A stretch of 64,000 bases of DNA, from the NCBI GenBank assembly GCA_020348305.1, contig CP070746.1, positions 4,345,742 through 4,409,741 on the forward strand, written 5' to 3'. Under the pieces are notes generated by a model, which saw only the letters and a program-made list of their open reading frames with translations, was not told where the DNA came from and did no database searches. Positions 17,254 through 27,789 of the stretch are shown here, piece after piece. The stretch is from Desulfobacterales bacterium. GTDB taxonomy: Bacteria > Desulfobacterota > Desulfobacteria > Desulfobacterales > JAHEIW01. Within the stretch, counting starts at the first letter, position 1. Every line of letters begins with the position of its first letter. Position numbers and translations under genes: made by a program.

Positions 17254-17348
17254 AGACTATCACTAAAAGAACGGATGCCACATCCGCACGGATCAGCGGT
17301 TTCATGTTACTTTAAGATATCCAACCCAAAAATCTTTTTTGGGTCTCA

Positions 17349-19244
17349 TCAATCTTCATCTAAATGTGATGTTTGAGCCTCAAACGGAATGGTCAATCGA
17401 TAGACCCCGTATTCCAGTTCGGCTTTGACAATTGCTCCCCCTTTTTCGAAAACTTTCATCATGGCCTTATTGGAAGCCAGCACGTCAGCGGTAAATCCCT
17501 GTAGGCCCCGATCTTTGGCCAACCGGATCAGCATTTTATAGAGATGAGTCGCCAGCCCGAGACCCTGGTATTGTTCGTCCACGATAAAGGCGACATCCGC
17601 AACGGGACGATCTTGCAATTTAACAAATCTGGCTTCTGCAATAATATGCCCCTGTCCGGCTTCTCCCACCAACCCCACGATGGACATGATTTGGCTGAAG
17701 TCCACATTCACGTATTCCTGCATTTTAGCATGCGGCATGGTTTTTATGGGAGAAAAATATCGATAATAAACCGCTTCATCGGAAAAGCGGTAAAACAGAC
17801 GGCGCATTTCCTCTTCGTCCGATGGTTTAATTGCGCGGAAACGAACCGTTATATCTCCTTTAAAGGTATATTGTGATCTGATTTCAGCCGGATACAGATG
17901 GGCGGATCCCGCAAGAAAAATTTGGTCCGGATAAAGAATTTTTTCCGCCTTTGCCGAATCCAAAAGTTGCTTGCGATCATCCGGATGGGCGATTTCGATC
18001 AACGCCTGGGCGCGTTCACGAATCGTGCGTCCACTTAAGGTTGCAATGCCGTATTCGGTGATAATCATATCCACCGATTCCCGGATACTGAACTGATTGG
18101 GAAAATCTTCCACGGAAAGTCGAATGTTGGGTTCCTGGTTGCGGTTGCGGCTGGGCAGGGCAAATATGGTAAGTCCTCCAGGCGACAACCCGGCACCGTG
18201 AAAATGATCCATAATGTCTCCGGGCCCGGAGGTTACATTTCCTTTGCCAAAGTGCAATGCGGCGCGCCCGGAAAGATCTACCTTACGTACCGGCAGCAGG
18301 GCGACGTATTTCGGGTTTAAGCCGATCTGAGCCGGATTGAATACTTTATGGATGCCTTGAAATTCAACCAACGGGTTCCGGTTCAGCCAGGCCATGAGTT
18401 CCGGTGTCCCAAATGCATAGGAGACCAAAGATTTACCGCGAAAAATTTCCTTATTTCGATTCGTAACAGCACCGCTTTTGATCACATCCATCAAGGCATC
18501 GGTAATGAAGGGCGTGTGTACCCCCAGGTTGTGTTTGTGAACCAGGTGTTTACTCAATGCTTCAAAAAGGGGGCCCAGAGAGAACATAATACAGCTGCCA
18601 TCTTCGATCACGGAGGCGACATTGGCCGCCACCCGATCGAACACCTCATCCACCGGCCAACGATTGAAATATATGGGTTTTTCCGTAGAACGAACTAGAT
18701 AATCAAAATCAGACATCGGTACAAAGGTATCGCCGAAGGTCATCGGGATATCCGGATTGATCTCTCCGACCACCAGCGAGGCTGTTTCCATGGCTTCCCG
18801 AGTGACATCCACGGCAACTCCGAGACTGCAGTAGCCGGCCTCATTGGGAGGGGTGATTTGAATAAACGCGACATCAATGGGTATTCGACCCGTTTTAACG
18901 AGACGTGGAATTTTGGAAAAGCTGCTCGGAATCAGATCCACCCGGCCGGCTGTTATCGCTTCGCTGGCTACCCACCCCGAAAAGAACGTCTTTAGCCGAT
19001 AGGTATTTGTATCGAGTGCTTTAAGGGATATGGCATCGCCGAGGCTGACCAGCTGGATCAGTTCCAGATCCCTTAGATTACTCGCTTTCGAGGCCATCAA
19101 ATGCTTGACTAACGTCCGGGGTTCGCCCACCCCGGTGCCCAAGAAAATGCTCATTCCCGGCTCTATATTCTCAAAAACCTTATCAGGAGTTACCACCCGA
19201 TTTTGCCAATCTGCTTTAGCCGCATGTTTCATAGCGTTCCTCAA
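17349..19244 (-). CDS. acetyl-CoA hydrolase/transferase-family domain fused to a Pat-like GNAT acetyltransferase
   Basis: 631 aa. The N-terminal ~460 aa resemble acetyl-CoA hydrolase/CoA-transferase. The C-terminus IKPSDEEEMRRLFYRFSDEAVYYRYF...VDEQYQGLGLATHLYKMLIRLAKDRG is a GNAT of the protein-lysine acetyltransferase (Pat) type. Confidence 0.7.
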   Translation of the reverse strand: MRNAMKHAAKADWQNRVVTPDKVFENIEPGMSIFLGTGVGEPRTLVKHLMASKASNLRDLELIQLVSLGDAISLKALDTNTYRLKTFFSGWVASEAITAGRVDLIPSSFSKIPRLVKTGRIPIDVAFIQITPPNEAGYCSLGVAVDVTREAMETASLVVGEINPDIPMTFGDTFVPMSDFDYLVRSTEKPIYFNRWPVDEVFDRVAANVASVIEDGSCIMFSLGPLFEALSKHLVHKHNLGVHTPFITDALMDVIKSGAVTNRNKEIFRGKSLVSYAFGTPELMAWLNRNPLVEFQGIHKVFNPAQIGLNPKYVALLPVRKVDLSGRAALHFGKGNVTSGPGDIMDHFHGAGLSPGGLTIFALPSRNRNQEPNIRLSVEDFPNQFSIRESVDMIITEYGIATLSGRTIRERAQALIEIAHPDDRKQLLDSAKAEKILYPDQIFLAGSAHLYPAEIRSQYTFKGDITVRFRAIKPSDEEEMRRLFYRFSDEAVYYRYFSPIKTMPHAKMQEYVNVDFSQIMSIVGLVGEAGQGHIIAEARFVKLQDRPVADVAFIVDEQYQGLGLATHLYKMLIRLAKDRGLQGFTADVLASNKAMMKVFEKGGAIVKAELEYGVYRLTIPFEAQTSHLDED

Positions 19245-19340
19245 ATGATGGTTATGTTGACTACAACTTCAAGTTGAAACTATTCTAAAAGGCTGCTATT
19301 CATATTCTAAAACGTTATCAACTTTTAATAAGGTATACAA

Positions 19341-20147
19341 ATGAAATTGTTACATGCATTAGAGCAAGGTTTGCTCAAATTGAGCGACGGTTTTTATGCC
19401 ATTTGGCCACAACCGTTACCGGACAAGAAACTTCTAAAAAATTGTAAAATCATCTCGCACCGAGGTGAGCATGATAACCAGACCGTGGTTGAAAACACGC
19501 TCTCTGCCTTTGATAGATCGCAGGCAAACAATGTGTGGGGCATCGAATTAGATCTCCGCTGGACCAAGGATCTTCAACCGGTGATCATTCACGACCCCGA
19601 TCTTTTAAGAGTTTTTGGTTTAAACTTAAAGGTTTGTGAGGTTACCCTGTCGGAATTAAAATCAACATGCTCACTGGTGCCTTCTCTTAAGGAAGTGATC
19701 CAAAGATATGGCAAAAGAATACATTTGATGCTCGAAATAAAGGAAGAAGTGTATCCCGATCCTGTTTATCAAAATCAGGTGCTCACGGATATGTTTTCTT
19801 CTCTCATTCCACAAGATGACTTTCACATCCTCACCCTCAGCCCGAAAATGTTCCAAGTCATTAACTTCGTACCGAAATCGACGTTTATTCCGATTGCACG
19901 GTTGAATTTTTTAAAATTAAGTAAATTGGCGAGGAAAGAGAACTACGGCAGTTTTGCAGGACACTACTTTCTTTTAACAAAAACGATCCTTAAAAAACAT
20001 CACGCATTGCATCAAAATGTGGGCACCGGTTATATCGGCTCGAAGAATTGTTTGTTTCGTGAACTGAACCGGGGTATCGAGTGGATTTTTTCCAATAATG
20101 CGGCAGGGCTACAAAAAATTGTTCATCATCTGCTGGAATCCCATTAA
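19341..20147 (+). CDS. glycerophosphodiester phosphodiesterase family protein
   Basis: IISHRGEHDN..ENTLSAF and GIELDLRWTKDLQPVIIHD motifs. Confidence 0.8.
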   Translation: MKLLHALEQGLLKLSDGFYAIWPQPLPDKKLLKNCKIISHRGEHDNQTVVENTLSAFDRSQANNVWGIELDLRWTKDLQPVIIHDPDLLRVFGLNLKVCEVTLSELKSTCSLVPSLKEVIQRYGKRIHLMLEIKEEVYPDPVYQNQVLTDMFSSLIPQDDFHILTLSPKMFQVINFVPKSTFIPIARLNFLKLSKLARKENYGSFAGHYFLLTKTILKKHHALHQNVGTGYIGSKNCLFRELNRGIEWIFSNNAAGLQKIVHHLLESH

Positions 20148-20189
20148 AGCAACAATTCATTTATCATTTAATCAGCATATTTGGCAAAT

Positions 20190-22607
20190 TTACTCGGGAG
20201 ATATCTGGGTTTCAAGGTTTTTAGCCTTTTCTTTCAAAAGAAAATGATAGATTAGGTCACAGTAACGATCCAATTCTACCATACCTTTACCTGATACGGC
20301 ATAACGCCAGAAGCCGTAAAGTTTTGTCAGGATGATCATGCGCTGGCTGTATGATTTCCAATTGAAATTTTTTCGAACTCTTTTGATTCCATTCTTAGAT
20401 ATGGTTTGCCAAAAATTCTCATCCTTCTGGCATCGGTCAACAAAATCTTCCAGACTTTCTGCGATCAGATCGGGCTTACTGGTATTCATCAAAAAACCAC
20501 TGACGCCATACTCAATGATCTCTAGTGGACCACCGAATTTAGGTGCAAAGGTGGGAAGCCCGGAGGCCATGGCTTCGATGATCGTCAGTCCAAAGGCTTC
20601 GAACAACGCCGGCTGGACAAACATACCTTTGTGATCGGCAATGATCCGGTATACCTCACCGGTGTCGAGTTTATTGATGCTGGGTAGCCAGCGCAATTTG
20701 CCATGCAGATTGAAACTTTCAATGAGATCGTAGGCTTTAATGATTTCCTTACGCTCTTCAGAATCACTTGAATCTTCAAGATGAATGGTGCCCGCGGCAA
20801 AAATGAGGTTGCAAAAATTCTGAAGTTTTTTGCTCATACCAAAAGCCTGAACCAGGCCGGTGATGTTCTTGATCCTGTCGAATCGGGCCATTGTAAAAAT
20901 GGGCATTTTGTCCGGATGGTCCAAGCTGCCATAAATGTCCGCTGACGCTTCGTGAAACAGCCGGTTTTCCCATTGCTGCCATTTTGTCTCTATCCGCTTT
21001 TCTTTCTGGTAATAGGGAAAATACAACTCCTCGTCGACACCGGGCGGGATGACATTAAATTTGGGCGCAAACAGATTGACGCCGTTTACAACCTGGTAAA
21101 GTCGCGGCATCGTGAAGAACTGGTACGATTCGTATTGCCCCATGGTGTATTCGGTACCGATAATTTCCTGTAATGTGCTGGTGATAATGAAGTCCGACTT
21201 GTTCATTGAAAAAATATCCGCTGTATACTGAAGCGAGAAATGGTAATCTTTTTCATTATCCTGCCAGTGCAAGTCGGAAAACGCATATTTTGTTTTTTCA
21301 AGCGCATGCGCAATGGTGCACTGAATGACGTCAAATTTATCAGAAAGCAGAGAGGCTACAAGGTTTCCATCTGAATAGTTGCCTATAATCAAATCCGGGC
21401 GCCCCTGAAATTCACTTAGCAGTTCTCTTGAGGCATCCTCTGCAAAAGTTTCCAGATAAGGCCAGATTTTAAAACGCGAAATCCAATGCTTGACGATATT
21501 ATAGTGATTGTCTCTGAAAGGCACTCTCAGAATACAGCCGTTATCGGTTTGGGAAATTTTTTCCTTGCGCTGATCGCAGGTTGTGTCTTCAGCTTCAGGT
21601 ATTAATCGGGTTACAACAACAATCTTGGGTTTGACCTCTAATCCGGTCAGTCGAATTTCTTTTGTTAAATGCTTTTCAAGGGCTCGCACTTGATCAATGA
21701 TATAAATAACCTGTCCCCCGGTATCCGGTTTGCCCAGCGCATTGGTTTGCCCGAACCAGCCGTGGGGAGAAATGATAGCAATCTTCGAGATCAGCGGCAT
21801 GGGGACCCGCGATATAAACCGTTCCAACAGTTTATCGGTAGGTTCATGGATTAGGTCAAGCAGTGTCTGGAGCGTTTCTGAGGTTCGCGCCACGGTGTCT
21901 CCCCAGCCAACTTCGAATCCCTCTTTTTTCATGCTGGTTTCAACGCTGCGAAACGGAGCATTGGGGTTTTTGCGTTTTAACCATTCCAGCATTTTTTCAA
22001 GCTTATGGTAAAACGTATTTAGATCTTTGATTAGCGAGTCATTGACAAGCAACTGTCGACCATTGTGCTGATGCAGTTTAATAAACTCAAACAGCTTTGT
22101 ATTCCACTCATCGGGGCGGCTAAATATATTACTGCACATATAGCGATTGAGGAAACGAATTCCATTGCCGACGGTTCGGGTATCTCGAATCGATGGTGAA
22201 AAATCATAAAACGGCATAAAATCGATATGCAAGTGGTTATTGTCCGTTTTCCTCTGCAAAGCATGAAAATCTCTCAGATCCAAATAGTCCGACAGCGAAA
22301 TCTCTTCCATATATTCTCCATCCTGCCGAATGCGATAAAATCGATATTTTGCCATTGCATAACGGTAAAGCATCACCAGGTGTTCATCATTGATGAAGAG
22401 CTCTTGTGCCTTTTTTAAAAAATTGAAAAGTGCTGAGTCCTGCCGGAATCTGTTGTTCTTCTTATGCTGACCACAGTATTGGTGGAATAGCAGGATAATG
22501 CCGTTTCTAAGACAGATTTGGGGCGATTGATTTGCAGCAAACACCACAAATTCTTTAAAGTCTTTCCGTTCCTTTCTCGTAAATATCGAGTCCAGTAAAT
22601 TTTCCAT
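20190..22607 (-). CDS. sucrose synthase
   Basis: Signature ISPHGWFGQTNALGKPDTGGQVIYIIDQVRALE and FVQPALFEAFGLTIIEAMASGLPTFA. The ATG at 22607 gives 805 aa and avoids the overlap with the upstream gene. Confidence 0.85.
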   Translation of the reverse strand: MENLLDSIFTRKERKDFKEFVVFAANQSPQICLRNGIILLFHQYCGQHKKNNRFRQDSALFNFLKKAQELFINDEHLVMLYRYAMAKYRFYRIRQDGEYMEEISLSDYLDLRDFHALQRKTDNNHLHIDFMPFYDFSPSIRDTRTVGNGIRFLNRYMCSNIFSRPDEWNTKLFEFIKLHQHNGRQLLVNDSLIKDLNTFYHKLEKMLEWLKRKNPNAPFRSVETSMKKEGFEVGWGDTVARTSETLQTLLDLIHEPTDKLLERFISRVPMPLISKIAIISPHGWFGQTNALGKPDTGGQVIYIIDQVRALEKHLTKEIRLTGLEVKPKIVVVTRLIPEAEDTTCDQRKEKISQTDNGCILRVPFRDNHYNIVKHWISRFKIWPYLETFAEDASRELLSEFQGRPDLIIGNYSDGNLVASLLSDKFDVIQCTIAHALEKTKYAFSDLHWQDNEKDYHFSLQYTADIFSMNKSDFIITSTLQEIIGTEYTMGQYESYQFFTMPRLYQVVNGVNLFAPKFNVIPPGVDEELYFPYYQKEKRIETKWQQWENRLFHEASADIYGSLDHPDKMPIFTMARFDRIKNITGLVQAFGMSKKLQNFCNLIFAAGTIHLEDSSDSEERKEIIKAYDLIESFNLHGKLRWLPSINKLDTGEVYRIIADHKGMFVQPALFEAFGLTIIEAMASGLPTFAPKFGGPLEIIEYGVSGFLMNTSKPDLIAESLEDFVDRCQKDENFWQTISKNGIKRVRKNFNWKSYSQRMIILTKLYGFWRYAVSGKGMVELDRYCDLIYHFLLKEKAKNLETQISPE

Positions 22608-22623
22608 GTTCAATTCTTCAGTT

Positions 22624-24825
22624 CTAGCTGGCTTTTTCAATAAACTTATATCGATTGATGCCTTCAAGTATTCCGCCTGAGTACTCCTGCTTGGCAAAAT
22701 AGACATCTCGATTGCCCTTTAGTTTTTTAAGCTCGGGGCTGTAATTGCCCACGACTACCCCCAGCGGTTCGCCACGCAGCATTTCTTCATCATTTCCGGA
22801 GTCTCCACAGACAAGAAAGTTTCGCAGGGGAATTTCCCACTTATAACTCAAATAGCGGATTGCCTTGCCCTTGGATGCCCGAAAAGGAAGGATATCCAGA
22901 TATCTGTCCTGGGAATAGATCAAATTGTAGCGGCATTTATTTCTGAGCAAACGCTCATGAATCATCGCCAAGCGGTCCTTGTTCGGTTTTATTTCATAGC
23001 TGATTTTAAAACGCCTCTGCGCTTCGGCCCTCTGGCATTTCAGAAACGCAAGGTTCTTAAGCAGTTTGACAATTTTGTCACGATTCCACTTCGCCGATAT
23101 GTGGGTTTCCCAGCCGCGTCCGTAATGTAGGTTTTTCCCGTAATAAATCTCCGAACCCACTGAGGTGATGATGACATCCGGCATGGGCACACGGTGTTTT
23201 TTTAAATATTCGGTCGCCGATTCAATGGTACGGCCTGTTGCCAACCCGAATCCGATATGTTTGCGGTTTTCCTGCAGCAGGTTGAGGAGCTCCTTCAAGT
23301 TCTCATTGTTACCACCGATTAAGGTGTCGTCGATATTGGCAACAATGAAATAGTTGAGCCTTGCCAAACGACGGCCAATGGCATCGGACGGCATAGCTAC
23401 TTTCATCTTCGCTTCACCCAACTCAGCGGAAGTTTGACTGATTTCTCCCATGTATAGTGTGGCATGACTCTCCCAGGTATAGTGTTTACGGATATTCATC
23501 GTGCCATCTTTTGAAAATTGCTTCCATTTTTCACTATCGGTGATGATTTGTTTAATGGCATTTGCAATGGCAACAGTGTCTGTAGTATCAACCAAAATGC
23601 CGCATTGACAGTTTTTAACGATATCCCGGGGGCCCCCGTCGTCAGGTGCCACGACCGGTAGCCCACAGGCGGCGGCCTCGATCAAGGTGATACCGAAAGG
23701 TTCCGTCAAGGCGGAATTGACAAAAACGCCTTTCTTTTCAGCGGCGATACGATAAAGCTCCGGCACTTCATGTTCGAAATCATGCTTTTTGGGAATGGCA
23801 ATTTTGCCATATAAATCATACTTATCCATGAGCAGGAGGATTTCGGTGAGGACATCGCGTTCGTTGTCTTCCATTGCAGTGATATCCTTGCGAATGCCTG
23901 CAAAAACAGCAAGGTTGGCCATCGACTGCAATTCAAGATCTTCGCCGTATGCTTTAATCAACCCAGCAATGTTTTTGCGCTTGTCTGGACGGCAAAGAGA
24001 CAAAATCAACGGGCGGTCGGGATACATGAAGAATCGATTTAACTCTTCCAGCATCGACGCCCGGGCATACATTTCAATTTCTTCTTTGGCTGTTTCCGGC
24101 AACATGTCGTGATAGAACGGATAAAATTTTTCAATATCCAGCCCGGGTGGTATGACACGAAACTTCGGTATGTCTCTGTTATGATATTGTCCGTATTGAT
24201 CATTGACTTCCTGGTTGGTGCTGGTAATTATCAAATCGGCCTTTTTTAGGACTTCTTCTTCCATTTGAATCCGGTAATCAATTTTATATTTTTTATTAAT
24301 GTCTTCTTCTTGCATGCCTTCATTGAGCAGTCGTTCCAATTTCGAGCGACCCAGAGAGTGGCCGGTGTAAACAAACGGGATGCCAAAGATTTCCGACAGC
24401 TGCATCGCGACATAACCGCCATCTGGATAATGGCCATGAACGATGTCTGCGATGGCATCCTTACGCTTGATGTATTTGATGGTTTTATCCACGTATTCAT
24501 CAAGATGCGGCCACAACAGCTCTTTGCGCATGTACTTCCTTCCCCCACACTGGATGCGGACGATGAAAAATTTGTCGTTGATCTTTTCTATGGGTTGGGC
24601 GTAATCTTCGGATACGACTTTGTCGACAATCAGGCGGGTAAATAATTCCACCCGTTTGACATTTTCACATTGACTGAGCGCATGGCCCAATTCAACAACA
24701 TATTTGATCTGCCCGCCCGTGTCGGCATCGCGGCCCAATTCCATGTTCTCTGATCGAAGCAGGCCATGCACACTAAACATTTGAATATGATATTTATGAG
24801 ATGGCATTTTTACAATAATTTTCAT
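22624..24825 (-). CDS. sucrose-phosphate synthase (glycosyltransferase domain + C-terminal SPP-like domain)
   Basis: HGLLRSENMELGRDADTGGQIKYVVELGHAL and EPFGITLIEAAACGLPVVA, plus a C-terminal HAD-like domain (VANIDDTLIGG ... VCGDSGNDEEML). Confidence 0.85.
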   Translation of the reverse strand: MKIIVKMPSHKYHIQMFSVHGLLRSENMELGRDADTGGQIKYVVELGHALSQCENVKRVELFTRLIVDKVVSEDYAQPIEKINDKFFIVRIQCGGRKYMRKELLWPHLDEYVDKTIKYIKRKDAIADIVHGHYPDGGYVAMQLSEIFGIPFVYTGHSLGRSKLERLLNEGMQEEDINKKYKIDYRIQMEEEVLKKADLIITSTNQEVNDQYGQYHNRDIPKFRVIPPGLDIEKFYPFYHDMLPETAKEEIEMYARASMLEELNRFFMYPDRPLILSLCRPDKRKNIAGLIKAYGEDLELQSMANLAVFAGIRKDITAMEDNERDVLTEILLLMDKYDLYGKIAIPKKHDFEHEVPELYRIAAEKKGVFVNSALTEPFGITLIEAAACGLPVVAPDDGGPRDIVKNCQCGILVDTTDTVAIANAIKQIITDSEKWKQFSKDGTMNIRKHYTWESHATLYMGEISQTSAELGEAKMKVAMPSDAIGRRLARLNYFIVANIDDTLIGGNNENLKELLNLLQENRKHIGFGLATGRTIESATEYLKKHRVPMPDVIITSVGSEIYYGKNLHYGRGWETHISAKWNRDKIVKLLKNLAFLKCQRAEAQRRFKISYEIKPNKDRLAMIHERLLRNKCRYNLIYSQDRYLDILPFRASKGKAIRYLSYKWEIPLRNFLVCGDSGNDEEMLRGEPLGVVVGNYSPELKKLKGNRDVYFAKQEYSGGILEGINRYKFIEKAS

Positions 24826-24831
24826 TAAGCA

Positions 24832-25704
24832 TTAGGCTGATTTGATTTGTTCCACGGCTTCTGCGATCAAGGTACCCGTCGCAGGAATAAAATAGGCGAG
24901 TCCCTCTAACACTCCGGCAGAATAGTTGCCATTCATGCCCAAAAAATTTCCCCGGGGTAAGTACAGACGATTCGTCATACATTTTTTTGAGAGGGCATCC
25001 AGCACTTGTTTGCGAACGTCTCCCGCGGCGTTCTTTACCAGAATCGCCTGTAAACCACTGGTTAATACATCCAGATCGTTGCCGCTGTCGCCTGCAAATA
25101 CGGTATGTTCTTCAGGAAATTGCTCCTTCTGCATAAGGAATCGTATGGCGTGCAGCTTATTTGCCCGCGCAGGAATAATATCCAGCAAACCGATTTTGCC
25201 GATTTCATCAACACTCCAAATGATGCTGACACGCACACCCGGTTTCGCCAAGCAACCGCGAATATTTATAACCAAGGCCTGATAATCAACATTTTGATCT
25301 GTGTAATAGCTTAATTTATACCGGCTCTGTTTTTCAGGTTCTTGCAGCTGTATTTCTTTTATGTCCCCCAGCAACAGGGTGAGTTCCTCCCTATCCAGGC
25401 TCTTCCAATCTTGACCGATCTCAGCACTCCAGTCATCCGACAACTGCCAGTTGCCGTTTATGATTCGGTACAATGTCGTTCCGACATCGCCGATGGCATA
25501 GTCCGGTACAGGCAGACAAAATTCCTCAATCGCATCGAGGATAAGTTTCTTGTCACGTCCGCTGACATATGCCAGAAAAATATCCGGGTGTTCGGCAAGC
25601 CGGCGAAGTAAGGGACGGGCTAGCGGTGATTCTTTCTGAATTCCATTCGGAATAATGGTTCGGTCCAGGTCGCAGCCTAGCAGTATTTTTTGTGTCTCGT
25701 CCAC
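24832..25704 (-). CDS. HAD-IIB phosphatase, probable sucrose-6F-phosphate phosphohydrolase
   Basis: Canonical DxDxT (GCDLDRTIIPNG) and FAGDSGNDLDVL. GTG start. Sits directly upstream of the SPS gene. Confidence 0.6.
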   Translation of the reverse strand: MDETQKILLGCDLDRTIIPNGIQKESPLARPLLRRLAEHPDIFLAYVSGRDKKLILDAIEEFCLPVPDYAIGDVGTTLYRIINGNWQLSDDWSAEIGQDWKSLDREELTLLLGDIKEIQLQEPEKQSRYKLSYYTDQNVDYQALVINIRGCLAKPGVRVSIIWSVDEIGKIGLLDIIPARANKLHAIRFLMQKEQFPEEHTVFAGDSGNDLDVLTSGLQAILVKNAAGDVRKQVLDALSKKCMTNRLYLPRGNFLGMNGNYSAGVLEGLAYFIPATGTLIAEAVEQIKSA

Positions 25705-25940
25705 TCAATTCATCTTTAATGCTGGGATTCACCCCAGATTTGATTATCGATTTAATTTTAATAAACGCTTTAGATTTAATACCCGGCGTTACTCAAAAGA
25801 GATTTTTTGGTATAAAACAACCAACGTTTTAATAACAACTATAACATACAGTATCGGTTCGTCAAATCTAGAAGATAACAACAATCCGTACCCAAAATGC
25901 CTGAATCGGAAAATTTTTCATGTTTTGGCTAACATTCTTG

Positions 25941-26795
25941 TTAACCCTTTATTGCGCCGGCAACAATTCCCCTAACGAAGTGGCGTTGCAGAGATAGGAA
26001 GACCACCAGCGGAAGCGCCATGGAAACAAATGCCGCTGCCGTCAGCAGTTCCCAGTTTTGTCCCTGGTTGGTCACGAGGTTGGCCAGCGTGAGGGTAACC
26101 GGTACCACTTTCGGTGTGGCCCCCAAATAAATCAAGGCCACGAGAAAATCATTCCAGACCCAAAGAAACTGGAAGATAAAAACCGATGCCAGCGCTGGAA
26201 CGGAAAGGGGTATCACGATCCCATAAAAAATCTTTATTGGCGAGGCCCCATCGATCGAAGCCGACTCCAGTAGTTCTGTAGGGACTCTGGAGATGAAGGC
26301 ATAAAGTAAATACGTGGTCAAGGGCAAGCCGTAGCCGGTATGCGCCAACCAGATTCCCGGGAACGTTCCGGATAATCCCAACCAGCGGTAAATCGGCAAA
26401 ATCGGAATAAATGTCATTTGCAGGGGAACAACCATCAAACCGATCACAAGCAGAAATAGGATTTTACGGCCGGCAAACTTCATCCAGGCAAAACCGAAGG
26501 CAACCATTGCTCCCATAAAGGTAGATATTAGGGTTGCAGGAACACTGATGGTCAAACTGTTGCAAAACGAGCGCCCCAAACCCTGCTTGGAAATGACTTG
26601 CATATAGTTTTTGAAGGTATACTGGTCCACGTTGAACAGATCGGCAAATACCGTCCACCAGCCTGAGCCGAATATATTTTCCGGAGACCTGAACGAGGTC
26701 ACCAACAGGCCCAGCGTTGGTACCAACCATACCGCCGTAAAGGCAAGCACTATCAAATGCAATGGTATTCGTAATATGAATCGCTTGAAACGCAT
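25941..26795 (-). CDS. carbohydrate ABC transporter permease (MalG-like)
   Basis: 284 aa, six TM helices, EAA loop ESASIDGASPIKIFYGIVIP. Confidence 0.85.
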   Translation of the reverse strand: MRFKRFILRIPLHLIVLAFTAVWLVPTLGLLVTSFRSPENIFGSGWWTVFADLFNVDQYTFKNYMQVISKQGLGRSFCNSLTISVPATLISTFMGAMVAFGFAWMKFAGRKILFLLVIGLMVVPLQMTFIPILPIYRWLGLSGTFPGIWLAHTGYGLPLTTYLLYAFISRVPTELLESASIDGASPIKIFYGIVIPLSVPALASVFIFQFLWVWNDFLVALIYLGATPKVVPVTLTLANLVTNQGQNWELLTAAAFVSMALPLVVFLSLQRHFVRGIVAGAIKG

Positions 26796-26797
26796 CG

Positions 26798-27691
26798 TTA
26801 CCTCGCCTCTTGGCGGGTGAATCTACGGATATTGAAAATCATAATCGGGGTAATCAGCAACAAGAGAACGACAGCAATAGCGCTTGCTCTGCCGTAATTG
26901 AAGAAATTAAACATTTCTTTGTACATCCGGTTGGCAATTACTTCGGTATCATAAGCGCCATTGGTCATGACGAATACAATGTCAAAAATTTTTAGTACCT
27001 GAACGATCATGGTTGTTGCAACGACGGCAATCGTCTTTGTCATCAGCGGTAAAATGACCCCCCAAAAAATATGCCACTCGTTAGCCCCGTCTGTCCGGGC
27101 TGCTTCAATGAGATCTCTTGGGATGTTCTTGTATGCCGCAGAGAAGATCACCATGCAGAACCCGGTCCAGATCCAAATGCCAACCACGATGAGAGCTAGA
27201 TTGTTAACCCATGGGCGTTCGATCAACCAGCCGACCGGCTCTCTGCCGAAAGCAACCATTAAGGCATTGAGCACCCCAATTTGTGATAGATTAACGGGTC
27301 GATAGGCGAAAACAAATTTCCAGATGACCGATGCGCCGACCATCGAAATGGCAGCCGGGATGAAAATGATCGATTTTACAATTTTCTCATAGCGGACCCG
27401 ATCCAATAATACTGCCAGCAACAGACCAAATGTAACCGTGCATAAGGTAAAAACAACGGTCCACAAAGCGTTGTTTCGCAGAGCGGCAAGCATAGCGGGG
27501 CTGTTAAAAACAAACTCCCAGTTGGCCAATCCAACAAAATCTAACGTTGAAGCGAATATTTGGGTTCCCTTACCGTAAAATGAGCGTACTATGGTCATCA
27601 GGGTGGGATAGGTCAGAAAAAAAAGGATGAGAATAAGCGCTGGACCAACGAACAGCCAGGGGATCCACCGTTTGGTATGTAACACGCTCAC
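26798..27691 (-). CDS. carbohydrate ABC transporter permease (MalF-like)
   Basis: 297 aa, EAA loop EAARTDGANEWHIFWGVILP. Confidence 0.85.
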   Translation of the reverse strand: MSVLHTKRWIPWLFVGPALILILFFLTYPTLMTIVRSFYGKGTQIFASTLDFVGLANWEFVFNSPAMLAALRNNALWTVVFTLCTVTFGLLLAVLLDRVRYEKIVKSIIFIPAAISMVGASVIWKFVFAYRPVNLSQIGVLNALMVAFGREPVGWLIERPWVNNLALIVVGIWIWTGFCMVIFSAAYKNIPRDLIEAARTDGANEWHIFWGVILPLMTKTIAVVATTMIVQVLKIFDIVFVMTNGAYDTEVIANRMYKEMFNFFNYGRASAIAVVLLLLITPIMIFNIRRFTRQEAR

Positions 27692-27789
27692 CTCGTCAGA
27701 AATTATACCGGTGCTATGCGTTTATAGTTTTATATGCAATCGCCCTTGTGGCGATCAGACTCTGTTCAAGTCAAACTGCCGTTCTCAAT

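Noticed and set aside
17324-17344. acccaaaaa-tct-tttttgggt hairpin as a bidirectional terminator between rlmN and the GNAT fusion gene
   Set aside because: The stem is almost entirely A-T with only three G-C pairs, and it abuts the stop codon of the minus-strand gene. It is too weak to call.
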